The notes beneath the pieces are model-generated. The model saw nothing but the letters and a program-made list of their open reading frames with translations, had not been told where the DNA came from and did not search any database. The position numbers and the translations under genes are program-made. This document shows positions 54,516 to 64,000 of a stretch of DNA of 64,000 nucleotides, one piece after another. Origin of the DNA: Microcoleus sp. (GTDB taxonomy: Bacteria; Cyanobacteriota; Cyanobacteriia; Cyanobacteriales; Microcoleaceae); the NCBI GenBank assembly GCA_052279835.1, contig CP181291.1:1696001-1760000 (forward strand). The letters run 5' to 3'. How positions within the stretch are numbered: position 1 is the first letter of the stretch; each line of letters opens with the position of its first letter.

Positions 54516-55649
54516 ATGAGAATTGCTCTTTTCACTGAAACTTTCTGGCCGAAAATAGACGGCATTGTTACTAGGCTGATTCACACTGTAGACCACTTAC
54601 AACGCGCGGGCGAACAGGTTCTCATCTTTTCCCCAGATTACGGCATTAAAGAATACAAAGGGGCTAGAGTTTATGGTGTTGAGGGTTTGCCTTTGCCGAT
54701 GTACCCGGAATTGAAAATGGCCTTGCCCAGTCCGGCGATCGGTCGTCAATTAGAGCAGTTTAAACCGGATATTATTCATGTGGTTAATCCTGCTATTTTG
54801 GGATTGGGTGGCATATATTATGGCAAAAAGCTCAATATTCCGATTTTGGCTTCTTACCACACTCATTTACCTAAGTATTTGCACCACTACGGTTTTGGAA
54901 TGCTGGAACCTTTATTATGGGAATTACTTAAAGGTGCTCACAATCAAGCAGAGCTGAATTTGTGCACTTCTACAGCGATGGTGGAGGAACTCAGAAGTCA
55001 TGGGATCGATCGCGTAGACTTATGGCAGCGGGGTGTGGATACTGAGATGTTTGTCCCGGAATTGGCTAGTCGAGAAATGCGATCGCGTCTTTCCCAAAAT
55101 CACCCCGATAGTCCCCTGTTACTTTATGTCGGCCGCCTCGGTGCAGAAAAGGAAATTGAAGCTATCAAACCAGTTCTCGAAGCCATTCCAGGCGCCCGCC
55201 TCGCCCTCGTGGGAGATGGCCCCCACCGACAAACCCTAGAACAATATTTTGCCGGCACTCCCACCAATTTTGTCGGCTATCTCAAGGGCCAAGAACTCGC
55301 AACAGCTTACGCATCTGCTGATGCCTTCATTTTTCCCTCCCGCACCGAAACCCTGGGCTTGGTGCTCCTAGAAGCAATGGCTGCGGGGACACCCGTAGTG
55401 GCTGCACGCAGTGGTGGAATTCCTGATATTGTCACTGACGGCGTTAACGGCTATTTATTTGACCCCACTGATGACATGGGAGCCTCTACTGCTACCCAGC
55501 GTTTGTTTGCAAACCCCGCGGAACGCGAACATCTGCGCCAAAGCGCCCGCACAGAAGCCGAACGCTGGGGTTGGGCCGCGGCTTCTGGACAATTGCGGCG
55601 CTACTATCAATCGGTGATTTTTGCTGAGTCCATGTCCTCTGTGGCGTGA
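54516..55649 (+). CDS. sqdX: Sulfoquinovosyltransferase (GT4)
   Basis: MRIALFTETF.PKIDGIV, SYHTH and ETLGLVLLEAM motifs; follows sqdB. Confidence 0.88.
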   Translation: MRIALFTETFWPKIDGIVTRLIHTVDHLQRAGEQVLIFSPDYGIKEYKGARVYGVEGLPLPMYPELKMALPSPAIGRQLEQFKPDIIHVVNPAILGLGGIYYGKKLNIPILASYHTHLPKYLHHYGFGMLEPLLWELLKGAHNQAELNLCTSTAMVEELRSHGIDRVDLWQRGVDTEMFVPELASREMRSRLSQNHPDSPLLLYVGRLGAEKEIEAIKPVLEAIPGARLALVGDGPHRQTLEQYFAGTPTNFVGYLKGQELATAYASADAFIFPSRTETLGLVLLEAMAAGTPVVAARSGGIPDIVTDGVNGYLFDPTDDMGASTATQRLFANPAEREHLRQSARTEAERWGWAAASGQLRRYYQSVIFAESMSSVA

Positions 55650-56036
55650 CGGATTGACAACAATTTATTACAGTAGGGATTGGGTGAGGATTTTCTGTCG
55701 AGAGTCCAAGTTTTTTTACTGCTCCAATCACCGTAGCTATTCTCCTCCTTGGTTTAACATTAAACTATGAATAGCTTCCTGAAAATATTGTGTGGGTAAC
55801 ATCAAACGCCTTCGATCGGACTGTATTTGGTCTGGTGCATGGGCTGAAACCGCGACACATCAATACCAGGAATCCAATGCTGTGACTGTCTATCGGGCAA
55901 AAAACTGCGAACTTATCTCCCCGTTGGAGGTTTTGAGTCGATCGTGAATTGGCAGATACAGCTAATTTGGTATTCTAACTTAAGTAAACCTCGATTTTGA
56001 CTGGTCATCATCAAGATCGGGGTAGTTAAAAAAACG

Positions 56037-56234
56037 ATGTCTATAATAATTATGTCTCATTTCCCTGATTACAATAATGTGCTTCTGACCAAAGTAAATC
56101 AACAAATCAGGCAGTTAGAGCGAGCTTGGGTAGTACATAAAGCCACGCTCAAAGCTTATACAAAATACCCAAGTAAATTTACTGAACTACCCAAATTACC
56201 AAAATACAAAAATCGGGTTAGCGTAGTCATTTAA
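56037..56234 (+). pseudogene. IS200/IS605-family TnpB remnant
   Basis: KVNQQIRQLERAW...KAY.K.PSKFTELPKLPKYK resembles the TnpB N-terminal region; no RuvC part follows. Confidence 0.55.
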
Positions 56235-56320
56235 TGTTAAATTCTCTCACAATTTTCATCACGAGCAAAATCTAGTTTTTGATAAGTGGTCACTCTACCC
56301 TCCGAAAAAAGCAGTTAATC

Positions 56321-58963
56321 ATGACATTCTCCAATGCTGGTAGCGTTCTGGCTACACTGACTCAAGTCAATCTGATGGGAGCATTAACCTCCCGTGTTAA
56401 GAACCTGCCAGTTCCTGAATTAGTCTGTCTGCTGGACTTTATCACGGCTGAATTTCAGCAATTTATCCGGGCGATGGATCTGATTAACAATGAAGCCCTC
56501 GAAAGTCTCTTAGAGCAACTTTTAGATGCCTTCACTGTCAAAATTGGTCTCATCCTCCAAGCAGACAGGACGACAATTTTTTTGGTGGACTCCAGCAAAA
56601 ATCAACTTTGGCATAAAACTGTCGATGTTACTATTGGCAAACCTGTAGAAGTTCGTTTACCGATGGATGCAGGTATTTTGGGCTATGTCGCAACTACTGG
56701 AAAATCGATCAATGTCGTAGAAGCCAGAGAACACGAGCTGTTCAATGCGGAAGTAGATGAACCTTCTGATTATCAAATCAAGAGCATCCTCTGTATGCCA
56801 ATTTTTAGTAGCAAGAGCGAAACAGAACCCGTAGCTGTAGTCAGACTTTTGAATAAAGCAGGGGATGTACCTTTTGACGAAGACGACGAACAGCAGTTTC
56901 GGGTGTTTGCAGATTCCATCGGGATTATTCTCGAAAGCTGTCAGTCTTTCTATGTCGTCGCTCGCAATCAGCGAGGGGTGGCGGCACTGTTGAGAGCTAC
57001 GACAACTTTGGGTCAAAGTCTTGACTTGGAAACAACTTTGCGAGCTGTCATGGATCAAGCTCGTGACTTGATGCAGGCAGACCGCAGTACGCTATTTTTA
57101 TTAAATCGGGAAACCAACGAACTTTGGACAAAACTCGCCAAGGCTGATGGCAAAACTATGATTAAAATCCGCATTCCCGCTAATAGGGGAATTGCGGGCT
57201 ATGTGGCTTCTACAGGTCAAACTCTCAATATTACAGATGCTTACGACGATCCCCGTTTTGACCCCACTACAGACCAGCAAACTGGATATCGCACTCGCAC
57301 TGTCTTGTGTATGCCAGTTTATAACGCTAAAGGTGAGTTGATCGGCGTAACTCAGCTAATTAATAAAAACCAAGGAACTTTTACTAATTCCGATGAAGAA
57401 TTTCTGCGGGCTTTCAATTCCCAGGCGGGCATGGCACTGCAAAATTCTCAATTATTTGAAAATATGATGGTCGAAAAACAGTATCAGAAAGATATGTTAC
57501 AAAGTCTTTCTGATGCGGTTATTTCCACTGATTTTCAGGGCCGGATCGTGACTATCAATGAGGCGGCTCTCGAACTTTTGGGATGTCCGGTAAATCAAGA
57601 TAAAACTAAAGATAATCCCCAGCTTTGGGAACACAAACTGATAAATCGCTATGTTTGGGAAGTTTTGCCGATCGAAAATTTGCAATTTCGACTACAAGAC
57701 AGCCTGAATCATGCTGCTAGACATTATGTTCCCGAACAAAGTTTAACCCTCGGACTTTTGATAGAAAAATCCCTAAATTCCCCAGAGACAGAAAATTATA
57801 TTTTGGCAGTCCCCGCTCCCAATAACCCTAGTTTATATTATGCTTGGGGCGAAAACGCTGCTTGGGCTGAAGAATTAGCAGTGCTACAATTGGCTAATTC
57901 CCAATCTCTATTCGCCCTTGATAATTCTGCTACCTATTACCCTTACTGTCCGCTCCCCATTTCCGGCTCTCACATTAAGGTAATTGAACGCAGTTTGAAT
58001 TTGACTGTTAACCCCCTGACTAATCCCGAAGGAGGCGTGCGGGGGGGTTTGGTGGTACTCGAAGATATCAGCCGCGAAAAGCGGATGAAAACTACTATGT
58101 CTCGCTACATGACTCCCGGAGTCGTGGAACAAGTGATGGCCTTGGGTGACGACGCCCTGATGGTGGGGGAACGCAAGGATGTCACTATTTTATTTTCAGA
58201 TATTCGCGGCTACACCACGCTGACGGAAAATTTGGGAGCATCGGAAGTTGTTGCTCTTCTCAATCAGTATTTTGAGACTATGGTGGAGGCTGTTTTCCAC
58301 TGCGAAGGTACTTTAGACAAGTTTATTGGTGATGCTTTAATGGCTGTGTTCGGCGCGCCTTTACCGCTAAATCCCCCCGAAATTCATGGTTGGATGGCGG
58401 TTAAATCAGCTTTGGATATGAGGAAACGGCTCCAAGAGTTTAATGATTCTCGCCCCGGAGAAATTCCATTTCGTTTTGGTATTGGGATTAGTTCGGGAGA
58501 GGTGGTTTCAGGAAATATTGGTTCTCAAAAGCGGATGGACTACACGGTAATTGGGGATGCTGTGAATTTGAGTTCTCGCCTGGAAGAGCTTACCAAGGAG
58601 TATGGCTGCGATATAATTTTGAGTGAGTTTACTTACAGTTTGTGTAGCGATCGCATTTGGGTCCGAGAATTAGATAAGGTGCGGGTTAAAGGCAAAAATC
58701 AGCCAGTTGGTATTTACGAATTGCTACAAAGTAGTTCTGAACCTATAGACGGGGAAACTCAAAGGTTCTTGGAACTTTACAAAAATGGTCGTGAGGCTTA
58801 TATTGCTAGAAATTTTCAACAAGCTATTAGTTTTTTTGAGGCTGCTTTGACAATCAGACAAAAGGATAAACCTGTTGAAGTTCACATCGAACGCTCTCTA
58901 AATTACTTGAAAGTCTCTCCACCCGATGATTGGGACGGCGTGCATACTATGGCAACAAAGTAG
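56321..58963 (+). CDS. Adenylate cyclase, GAF-GAF-PAS-class III cyclase (CyaB-like)
   Basis: Two GAF domains (ADRTT/ADRST, NK..F..DE); FSDIRGYT, DKFIGD and IGDAVNLSSRLE cyclase motifs. Confidence 0.93.
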   Translation: MTFSNAGSVLATLTQVNLMGALTSRVKNLPVPELVCLLDFITAEFQQFIRAMDLINNEALESLLEQLLDAFTVKIGLILQADRTTIFLVDSSKNQLWHKTVDVTIGKPVEVRLPMDAGILGYVATTGKSINVVEAREHELFNAEVDEPSDYQIKSILCMPIFSSKSETEPVAVVRLLNKAGDVPFDEDDEQQFRVFADSIGIILESCQSFYVVARNQRGVAALLRATTTLGQSLDLETTLRAVMDQARDLMQADRSTLFLLNRETNELWTKLAKADGKTMIKIRIPANRGIAGYVASTGQTLNITDAYDDPRFDPTTDQQTGYRTRTVLCMPVYNAKGELIGVTQLINKNQGTFTNSDEEFLRAFNSQAGMALQNSQLFENMMVEKQYQKDMLQSLSDAVISTDFQGRIVTINEAALELLGCPVNQDKTKDNPQLWEHKLINRYVWEVLPIENLQFRLQDSLNHAARHYVPEQSLTLGLLIEKSLNSPETENYILAVPAPNNPSLYYAWGENAAWAEELAVLQLANSQSLFALDNSATYYPYCPLPISGSHIKVIERSLNLTVNPLTNPEGGVRGGLVVLEDISREKRMKTTMSRYMTPGVVEQVMALGDDALMVGERKDVTILFSDIRGYTTLTENLGASEVVALLNQYFETMVEAVFHCEGTLDKFIGDALMAVFGAPLPLNPPEIHGWMAVKSALDMRKRLQEFNDSRPGEIPFRFGIGISSGEVVSGNIGSQKRMDYTVIGDAVNLSSRLEELTKEYGCDIILSEFTYSLCSDRIWVRELDKVRVKGKNQPVGIYELLQSSSEPIDGETQRFLELYKNGREAYIARNFQQAISFFEAALTIRQKDKPVEVHIERSLNYLKVSPPDDWDGVHTMATK

Positions 58964-59133
58964 TGAATTATATCGCATCACTGTGCAAAATTGTATAAAT
59001 ATTGTGAAGTTAATAGCTAAATATTGTGAATATATTTATATATTCCCTAGGAGAGAGTTCAAAAGTTACAAACTGTGAAAAAATGGTGTCGAAGACTCAA
59101 AAAAATAGTATAAAATAGCGGGTCAAGAATTCA

Positions 59134-60276
59134 ATGAAATATTTATCTGTTCCGAATGCTACCAAGGTCGATCGCATTCTGGTTGTAGACGATGCTCCAG
59201 ATAATGTTTTATTGGTAGAGACGATTCTGGAAGAAGAAGGTTACGAAATTAGTAGTGCAGATAATGGTTTTTCGGCCTTGCTGCAAATTGAAAAATCTCC
59301 CCCAGATTTATTGTTGCTAGATGTGATGATGCCGGGAATGGATGGTTACGAAGTGACTAAAAGAATTAGGCAAAAAACAGAATTGCCGTTTATTCCGATT
59401 TTGCTGATCACCGCTCACGACAGTGCTAGCGTAGTGCAAGGGTTGGACATGGGAGCAGATGATTTCATCCGCAAACCGGTGGAAATGGACGAGCTACTGG
59501 CCAGGGTGCGATCGCTCCTGCGACTAAAACACAGCGTAGACGAGCGCAATTCGATCGCGCTTCAACGAGAAGATTTTGTCTCCCGACTCGCTCACGACTT
59601 GCGGACACCACTGGTAGCAGCCGATCGAATGTTAACCTTAATGCAGCAAGGTGCTCTGGGAGAAATCTCCCTCCCCATGCACGAGGCTTTCGGCACAATG
59701 GTTCGCAGCAACAAAAACCTGATTAATATGGTAAATATGCTGCTGGAAGTATATCGCTACGAAGCAGGTGGCAAATCCCTAAGTTTTGCACCCGTTGACT
59801 TGCGACAACTGATCGCTGAGGTAGCCCAAGAGCTCGCACCCTTAGCCGATGCTAAAGGTTTGTCAGTGAATTTAGACTTGACAGAAAGTGCAGAAAGTGC
59901 TCCCATTGCTAAGTATCCCGGCGATCGCCTGGAGTTGTACCGTTTGCTAACAAATTTAATCGGAAATGCGATTAAATTCACTGACACCGGTTCCATAGAC
60001 ATTCGCTTAAAAGCGGCAAATTCTCCCGATTTTACGAGCTTCAAAAACCAACCACTAGCTTGGGTTGTCATTGAAATTCAAGATACTGGTGCGGGGATTT
60101 CCCCAGCGGAACAAGCCAAGTTATTTCAAAGGTTTGGGCCGGGAACTCACAAAAGATCTGGTACCGGTTTGGGACTCCATTTGTGTCGCCAAATAGTGGA
60201 AGCTCACCGCGGTACAATTGAGGCAAAATCAGAGCTAGGAAACGGTAGTTTGTTTACTATTCGTTTGCCTTGTTAG
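59134..60276 (+). CDS. Hybrid receiver-histidine kinase
   Basis: VVDD and LLDVMMP receiver motifs; AHDLRTPL, NAIKF, DTGAG and GTGLGL kinase motifs. Confidence 0.93.
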   Translation: MKYLSVPNATKVDRILVVDDAPDNVLLVETILEEEGYEISSADNGFSALLQIEKSPPDLLLLDVMMPGMDGYEVTKRIRQKTELPFIPILLITAHDSASVVQGLDMGADDFIRKPVEMDELLARVRSLLRLKHSVDERNSIALQREDFVSRLAHDLRTPLVAADRMLTLMQQGALGEISLPMHEAFGTMVRSNKNLINMVNMLLEVYRYEAGGKSLSFAPVDLRQLIAEVAQELAPLADAKGLSVNLDLTESAESAPIAKYPGDRLELYRLLTNLIGNAIKFTDTGSIDIRLKAANSPDFTSFKNQPLAWVVIEIQDTGAGISPAEQAKLFQRFGPGTHKRSGTGLGLHLCRQIVEAHRGTIEAKSELGNGSLFTIRLPC

Positions 60277-60369
60277 GGCGAGAGAGTATGTAAGGGCTCC
60301 GGGCACTCACAGGCACCGCCCCTACAAAGGGCAATGATAAATACTTTACTTCTTCCTGCTTCCTTCTTT

Positions 60370-60680
60370 TCCCCCCTTGGGGGGGGGTGAATTCTTCCTG
60401 GTTTCCCCGCTCCTCAATCCCCCCTTGGGGGGGGGCAGGGGGGGGTGACTTATTCCTGGTTTCCGCTCCTCAATCCCCCCTTGGGGGGGGCAGGGGGGGG
60501 TGACTTATTCCTGGTTTCCGCTCCTCAATCCCCCCTTGGGGGGGGCAGGGGGGGGTGACTTATTCCTGGTTTCCGCTCCTCAATCCCCCCTTGGGGGGGG
60601 CAGGGGGGGGGTGACTTATTCCTGGTTTCCGCTCCTCAATCCCCCCTTGGGGGGGGCAGGGGGGGGGTGACTTATTCCTG
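60370..60680. repeat. Tandem array of about 5 units (about 58 nt) with C/G-run hairpins
   Basis: CCCCCCTTG(n)CAG(n)TGACTTATTCCTGGTTTCCGCTCCTCAAT; core is the reverse complement of the 37400-37800 core. Confidence 0.85.
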
Positions 60681-60702
60681 CTTCCTTCTTCCTTCTTAAT
60701 AT

Positions 60703-61536
60703 ATGCCTAACTGTCCAGTATGCGATACAGAATATGTCGAAGAAACAGCAGTATTTTGCTCAACTTGTGGCTGGGATTTGACACCTTATCCGTTGCGTTA
60801 TAAGCCTACGAAAATATATTTAAAAAAAGAAGCAATTAGATTAGAGTGGGCAAAAAAAATGTGGGAATTTGCCTGCACTCAACAAAGTTGGGAGACAAGG
60901 TTTGATGCGTTGCAAGGGGAATTGCAGCAAAATGCGATCGCGCGATCGCACACCCAATCTCAGCTAGACTGGGTTTTGTACCGCCTGGAACAATTGAACC
61001 CAGAAGCTATTTCCAGCACTCTGGAGCGGCTGGAAGAGAAAATAGGCCAAATGCCTGAGCAAACTCCACGGCTGTCGGAAGTCGGGATGGACTACCGCCC
61101 ATTGACAAAGTTGTTAAAAACTGGAAAATGGCAGAAAGCTGACGAGCATACTTGGGAAATTTTGCTGTCTATAAGTTTGAGGGAAGAGGAAGGTTGGCTC
61201 AGTGCTGCGGATATTGACAATTTTCCTTGTACAGACCTTCGCACGATCGACCAACTTTGGCAACAATACAGCGATGGACGGTTTGGGCTGAGCGTACAGC
61301 ACCAGATTTGGGAAAGCGTTGGGGGCAAATATACGGAATTTTGCGATCGGGTAGGCTGGCGAGTCAAGGATAATTGGAAATATTACGAAGAATTATCCTT
61401 TCGCGACAGTGCCCCGCCGGGACATCTCCCCATCACAGTCTGGCGGCGGCGCGCTTGTTACGGTGCTGGCCAACTCACTGCAGCAGAGAACTTAGTCGCC
61501 ATTACTCAAAGACTTGCAGCTTGCGGAAATCATTAA
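60703..61536 (+). CDS. GUN4-domain protein with N-terminal zinc ribbon
   Basis: CPVC...CSTCGW; FPCTDLRTIDQLW..YSDGRFGLSVQ..IW and PGHLP motifs. Confidence 0.88.
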   Translation: MPNCPVCDTEYVEETAVFCSTCGWDLTPYPLRYKPTKIYLKKEAIRLEWAKKMWEFACTQQSWETRFDALQGELQQNAIARSHTQSQLDWVLYRLEQLNPEAISSTLERLEEKIGQMPEQTPRLSEVGMDYRPLTKLLKTGKWQKADEHTWEILLSISLREEEGWLSAADIDNFPCTDLRTIDQLWQQYSDGRFGLSVQHQIWESVGGKYTEFCDRVGWRVKDNWKYYEELSFRDSAPPGHLPITVWRRRACYGAGQLTAAENLVAITQRLAACGNH

Positions 61537-61683
61537 ACTTTTGACTAAGACAAAAAAATCCGGTTTCTGCGTCTATATTTCAGACTAATCCCCAATTTTT
61601 CCGAGAAACCCGGTTTTTGGCCTGGTGTGCGCCCAGAAATTTAATCCCCAATTCAAAATTAAAAATTCAAAATCGACATTAGC

Positions 61684-61692
61684 TGCTATAAT
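61684..61692 (+). promoter_or_regulatory. Extended -10 promoter of the tRNA gene
   Basis: TGCTATAAT 18 nt upstream of the tRNA 5' end. Confidence 0.65.
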
Positions 61693-61710
61693 CAAAACGG
61701 TTCAGCAACT

Positions 61711-62035
61711 GGGGCTGTGGCTCAGATGGATAGAGCAAGCGCCTCCTGAAGAATCGGGCACCCTGGTAGGAAACTCTGGGAGTGAATGTGGTCAAACTCA
61801 AGGAAGCCTAAGTCTGACAACGGATAAGGTAATCTTGAGCCAAGCTCTACTAATACTCAAATTTTGGTAGAGAAGGTGCAGAGACTGGCTTTAGGAAGTA
61901 AACATCATAAAACCTCCTAAACATACGGCCACCACCTAAAGGTCGCAAGCCTACGGTGAAGGAATAGTCCAGAGAGTGGGGAAACTCACACAAATCTGAA
62001 GCGCTAGGTCGCCGGTTCGAACCCGGCCAGTCCCG
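61711..62035 (+). tRNA. tRNA-Arg(CCU), intron-containing (exons 61711-61747 and 61999-62035)
   Basis: Acceptor GGGGCTG/CAGTCCC, D-stem GCTC/GAGC, anticodon arm AGCGC-CTCCT|AA-GCGCT, T-arm GCCGG-TTCGAAC-CCGGC; no encoded CCA. Confidence 0.93.
61748..61998 (+). ncRNA. Group I intron (251 nt) in the tRNA-Arg anticodon loop
   Basis: 5' exon ends in U and intron ends in G; core-like segments AAACTCAAGGAAGCC, GGTAATCTTGAGCCAAG, GCAGAGACT and GAATAGTCC. Confidence 0.9.
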
Positions 62036-62328
62036 TAGACAAATTAAGGACAATTTAAAGCAAAAGGGCAAAGTCTAGGTTTTGCCCTTTTCTTTTAAGG
62101 TTTTGGATGGAGGGTAGACCCCACACACTAGCTTTCTGGTTTTCAGTCCCAACAAGTTTCGCTGACATAATTGCCTTAAAAAACTGGGTTTCTGCATGGG
62201 TCCTTTTAAAACATCCGCATGATGGCCACTTCTTAATTTTTAGATTTAAATTCCTGTTAATAGGCTGTAAGTGCCGTATTTTTTGTTATTGTTCCTATGT
62301 CAGCTACACAAATTTTTTATAGGTTTAA

Positions 62329-62919
62329 ATGTGGTTAAGAGTCAATTTAAACAAGCGACGTTACAAACGTTTGAGGAGTTCGCAGCAAGTTCGGTTGCTA
62401 GTAGCACTGTTGATGGCTTTTTGGTTGGGCTATCAACAGCTCAAGAGTGAATTTCAAAGACCCCAAGCTTTGTTAGTGTTGGGTGGGGCGACAGAGCGGG
62501 AGGTGTTTGCCGCTAACTTTGCTCGCAAGCATCCTGATTTGCCGATTTGGGTTTCTTCTGGGAGTAATCCTGAATTCGCTGAATGGGTGTTTTCTGAGGC
62601 GGGTATTAGGTCCGATCGCGTGCATTTGGACTACAGAGCTGTGGATACTGTAACCAACTTTACCACATTGGTGGATGAATTGCGCGATCGGGGAATTGAT
62701 AGTTTGTATCTGATTACATCAGACGACCACATGAGACGAGCTTGGATCATCGGGGAGATTGTTTTCGGTAGTAGAGGTATTCGTTTCAAGCCTGTGGCTG
62801 TTCCTTCGGGCCGAGAACCCGAACCGGTGCAAAAAGCAGTGCGCGATGGTGTGAGAGCTATTGTTTGGCTGACTACCGGTTATACGGGGGCTAATTTCAG
62901 TCAAGCCAGAATTAAATAA
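62329..62919 (+). CDS. YdcF/DUF218 family protein
   Basis: LVLGG, AVDTVTNF and LITSDDHMRRA motifs. Confidence 0.88.
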   Translation: MWLRVNLNKRRYKRLRSSQQVRLLVALLMAFWLGYQQLKSEFQRPQALLVLGGATEREVFAANFARKHPDLPIWVSSGSNPEFAEWVFSEAGIRSDRVHLDYRAVDTVTNFTTLVDELRDRGIDSLYLITSDDHMRRAWIIGEIVFGSRGIRFKPVAVPSGREPEPVQKAVRDGVRAIVWLTTGYTGANFSQARIK

Positions 62920-63003
62920 ACTAAGAAAGTATGACTTATATTTGATACCTTGGGTTGTGAGCTACAATAGAAACTAGATCAATTTCAACTCATAGGAAAA
63001 CAT

Positions 63004-63720
63004 ATGTCTCAATCAATTGCGCCAGTTTTAACAGACCAGCAAGTTGATGATTCACCCACATTAACCTTTGAAGAATACCGAGTTTATCAAGGCGAACTTG
63101 ATGTACAATATGAACTGTACAAAGGCAAATTAATTCCGCTGCCAACAGCAACAGTTTTACACATCAAAATTTGCGAATATTTAGTTTATAAATTGCAGCG
63201 TTACCTAGCTGCTCATAATCTTGATTTAGTAGTAAAAACTGGTCTGGGAGTGAGAACTGATGAAGATAAATCCCGGATTCCTGATGTAGTTGTCTGCACT
63301 CAAAGTCTTTTGGAACAAGCGGCTGCTAGACCCGGTGCAGGTATTCTCGATTGTGATGAAAAGCCGCTATTAGTGGTAGAGGTAGTGAGCGAAGACCGGC
63401 GGGCAGATTACGTGATCAAACGAGGGGAGTACGAACTAGCGAATGTGCCGGAATATTGCATTGTTGACCCTAAAAATGGCAAGCAAAAAATCAGGCTTTT
63501 AGCATTTATTGATGGTGAAGAGAGTTATACGCAGACAGATTTCTTGCCTGGTGAGGAAATTATATCTGTAGTATTTCCAGATTTCGTTTTATCGGTGGAT
63601 GAAATACTAAATCCGCCCTTAGTGGAGGAGTTAGTGAAAGCAGAACAAGCTCAATTGCAGAAAGCTGAAAGGTTGGCGGCGAAGTTGCGGGAGTTGGGCG
63701 TAGATCCTGATTCTGTTTAA
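63004..63720 (+). CDS. Uma2-family endonuclease
   Basis: SRIPDV, LVVEVVS and KRGEY...VPEYCIVDP motifs; LRELGVDP tail. Confidence 0.9.
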   Translation: MSQSIAPVLTDQQVDDSPTLTFEEYRVYQGELDVQYELYKGKLIPLPTATVLHIKICEYLVYKLQRYLAAHNLDLVVKTGLGVRTDEDKSRIPDVVVCTQSLLEQAAARPGAGILDCDEKPLLVVEVVSEDRRADYVIKRGEYELANVPEYCIVDPKNGKQKIRLLAFIDGEESYTQTDFLPGEEIISVVFPDFVLSVDEILNPPLVEELVKAEQAQLQKAERLAAKLRELGVDPDSV

Positions 63721-63755
63721 GGGATTAAAATGATTGCAATAGCGCTTTCTCATGC

Positions 63756-64000
63756 TCAATCGTCTAGCAGTAAATCGCGCAGGAAATAAAAGCGATCGCG
63801 CCATAAATTATCTCCTTTAATTCGCCCTAAGTAACCTGTCAATGGCGAGGCAAGTTCTATTAAAATTTGGTACATTTCTTGCTGATTCAAGGGCTGAGGT
63901 GGATTGGGATTAGCATAATATGCCCCATGAAAAGCCTCAACTCCATCATTCTCAACACCTGTGATTTCTAGACGATTTTTCACGATTTTGATTAGGTGCG
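63756..64000 (-). CDS. Hypothetical protein (5' end probably outside window)
   Basis: Open frame from the window edge; GYLGR...DRFYFLR C-terminus. Confidence 0.5.
   Translation of the reverse strand, partial: HLIKIVKNRLEITGVENDGVEAFHGAYYANPNPPQPLNQQEMYQILIELASPLTGYLGRIKGDNLWRDRFYFLRDLLLDD

Noticed and set aside
55780..55940. Possible structured RNA or repeat-like AAACGCCTT upstream of the TnpB remnant
   Set aside because: Only a short match, with no hairpin/handle or recognisable RNA family
61625..62071. ORFs 61625-61870 and 61850-62071 as an intron-encoded endonuclease
   Set aside because: They cross the tRNA exons, are short, and show no HNH, GIY-YIG or LAGLIDADG motifs

Overview
This is a cyanobacterial chromosomal window. 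It has abundant HIP1 (GCGATCGC) octamers, heptamer STRR repeats, petL, cpcT, sqdB/sqdX and tocopherol cyclase, and the repeat style suggests a filamentous Oscillatoriales strain (inference). Most of it is housekeeping. The accessory core is a minus-strand type I-MYXAN (I-B variant) CRISPR-Cas locus at about 20.4-32.1 kb: WYL regulator, small ORF, cas6-cas3-cas8-cas7-cas5, cas4/cas1, cas2, leader and a 15-repeat array. The main unannotated signal lies between the WYL gene and cas6. A degenerate repeat-spacer-repeat mini-array (about 30906-31019) carries a spacer that matches a site about 90 nt away (30836-30855). That site has an ATG PAM, its mismatches fall at positions 6, 9, 12 and 18, and it overlaps the predicted start of a TTGACA-N18-TATATT promoter driving an unknown 84-aa ORF and probably the interference genes. 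This looks like a Cascade-guided repression circuit: cas autoregulation or a CRISPR-repressed toxin. Separately, a shared 18-bp motif sits 11 nt upstream of a -10 box in front of both the WYL gene and cas4/cas1, suggesting a second, WYL-dependent control layer. Other points: a tRNA-Arg(CCU) with a 251-nt group I intron, a repeat-derived in-frame insertion in purL, several pseudogene remnants, and three single-base frameshifts (sodB, terD-TPR, cas4/cas1) that may be assembly errors. All calls come from reading the sequence; no database searches were run.
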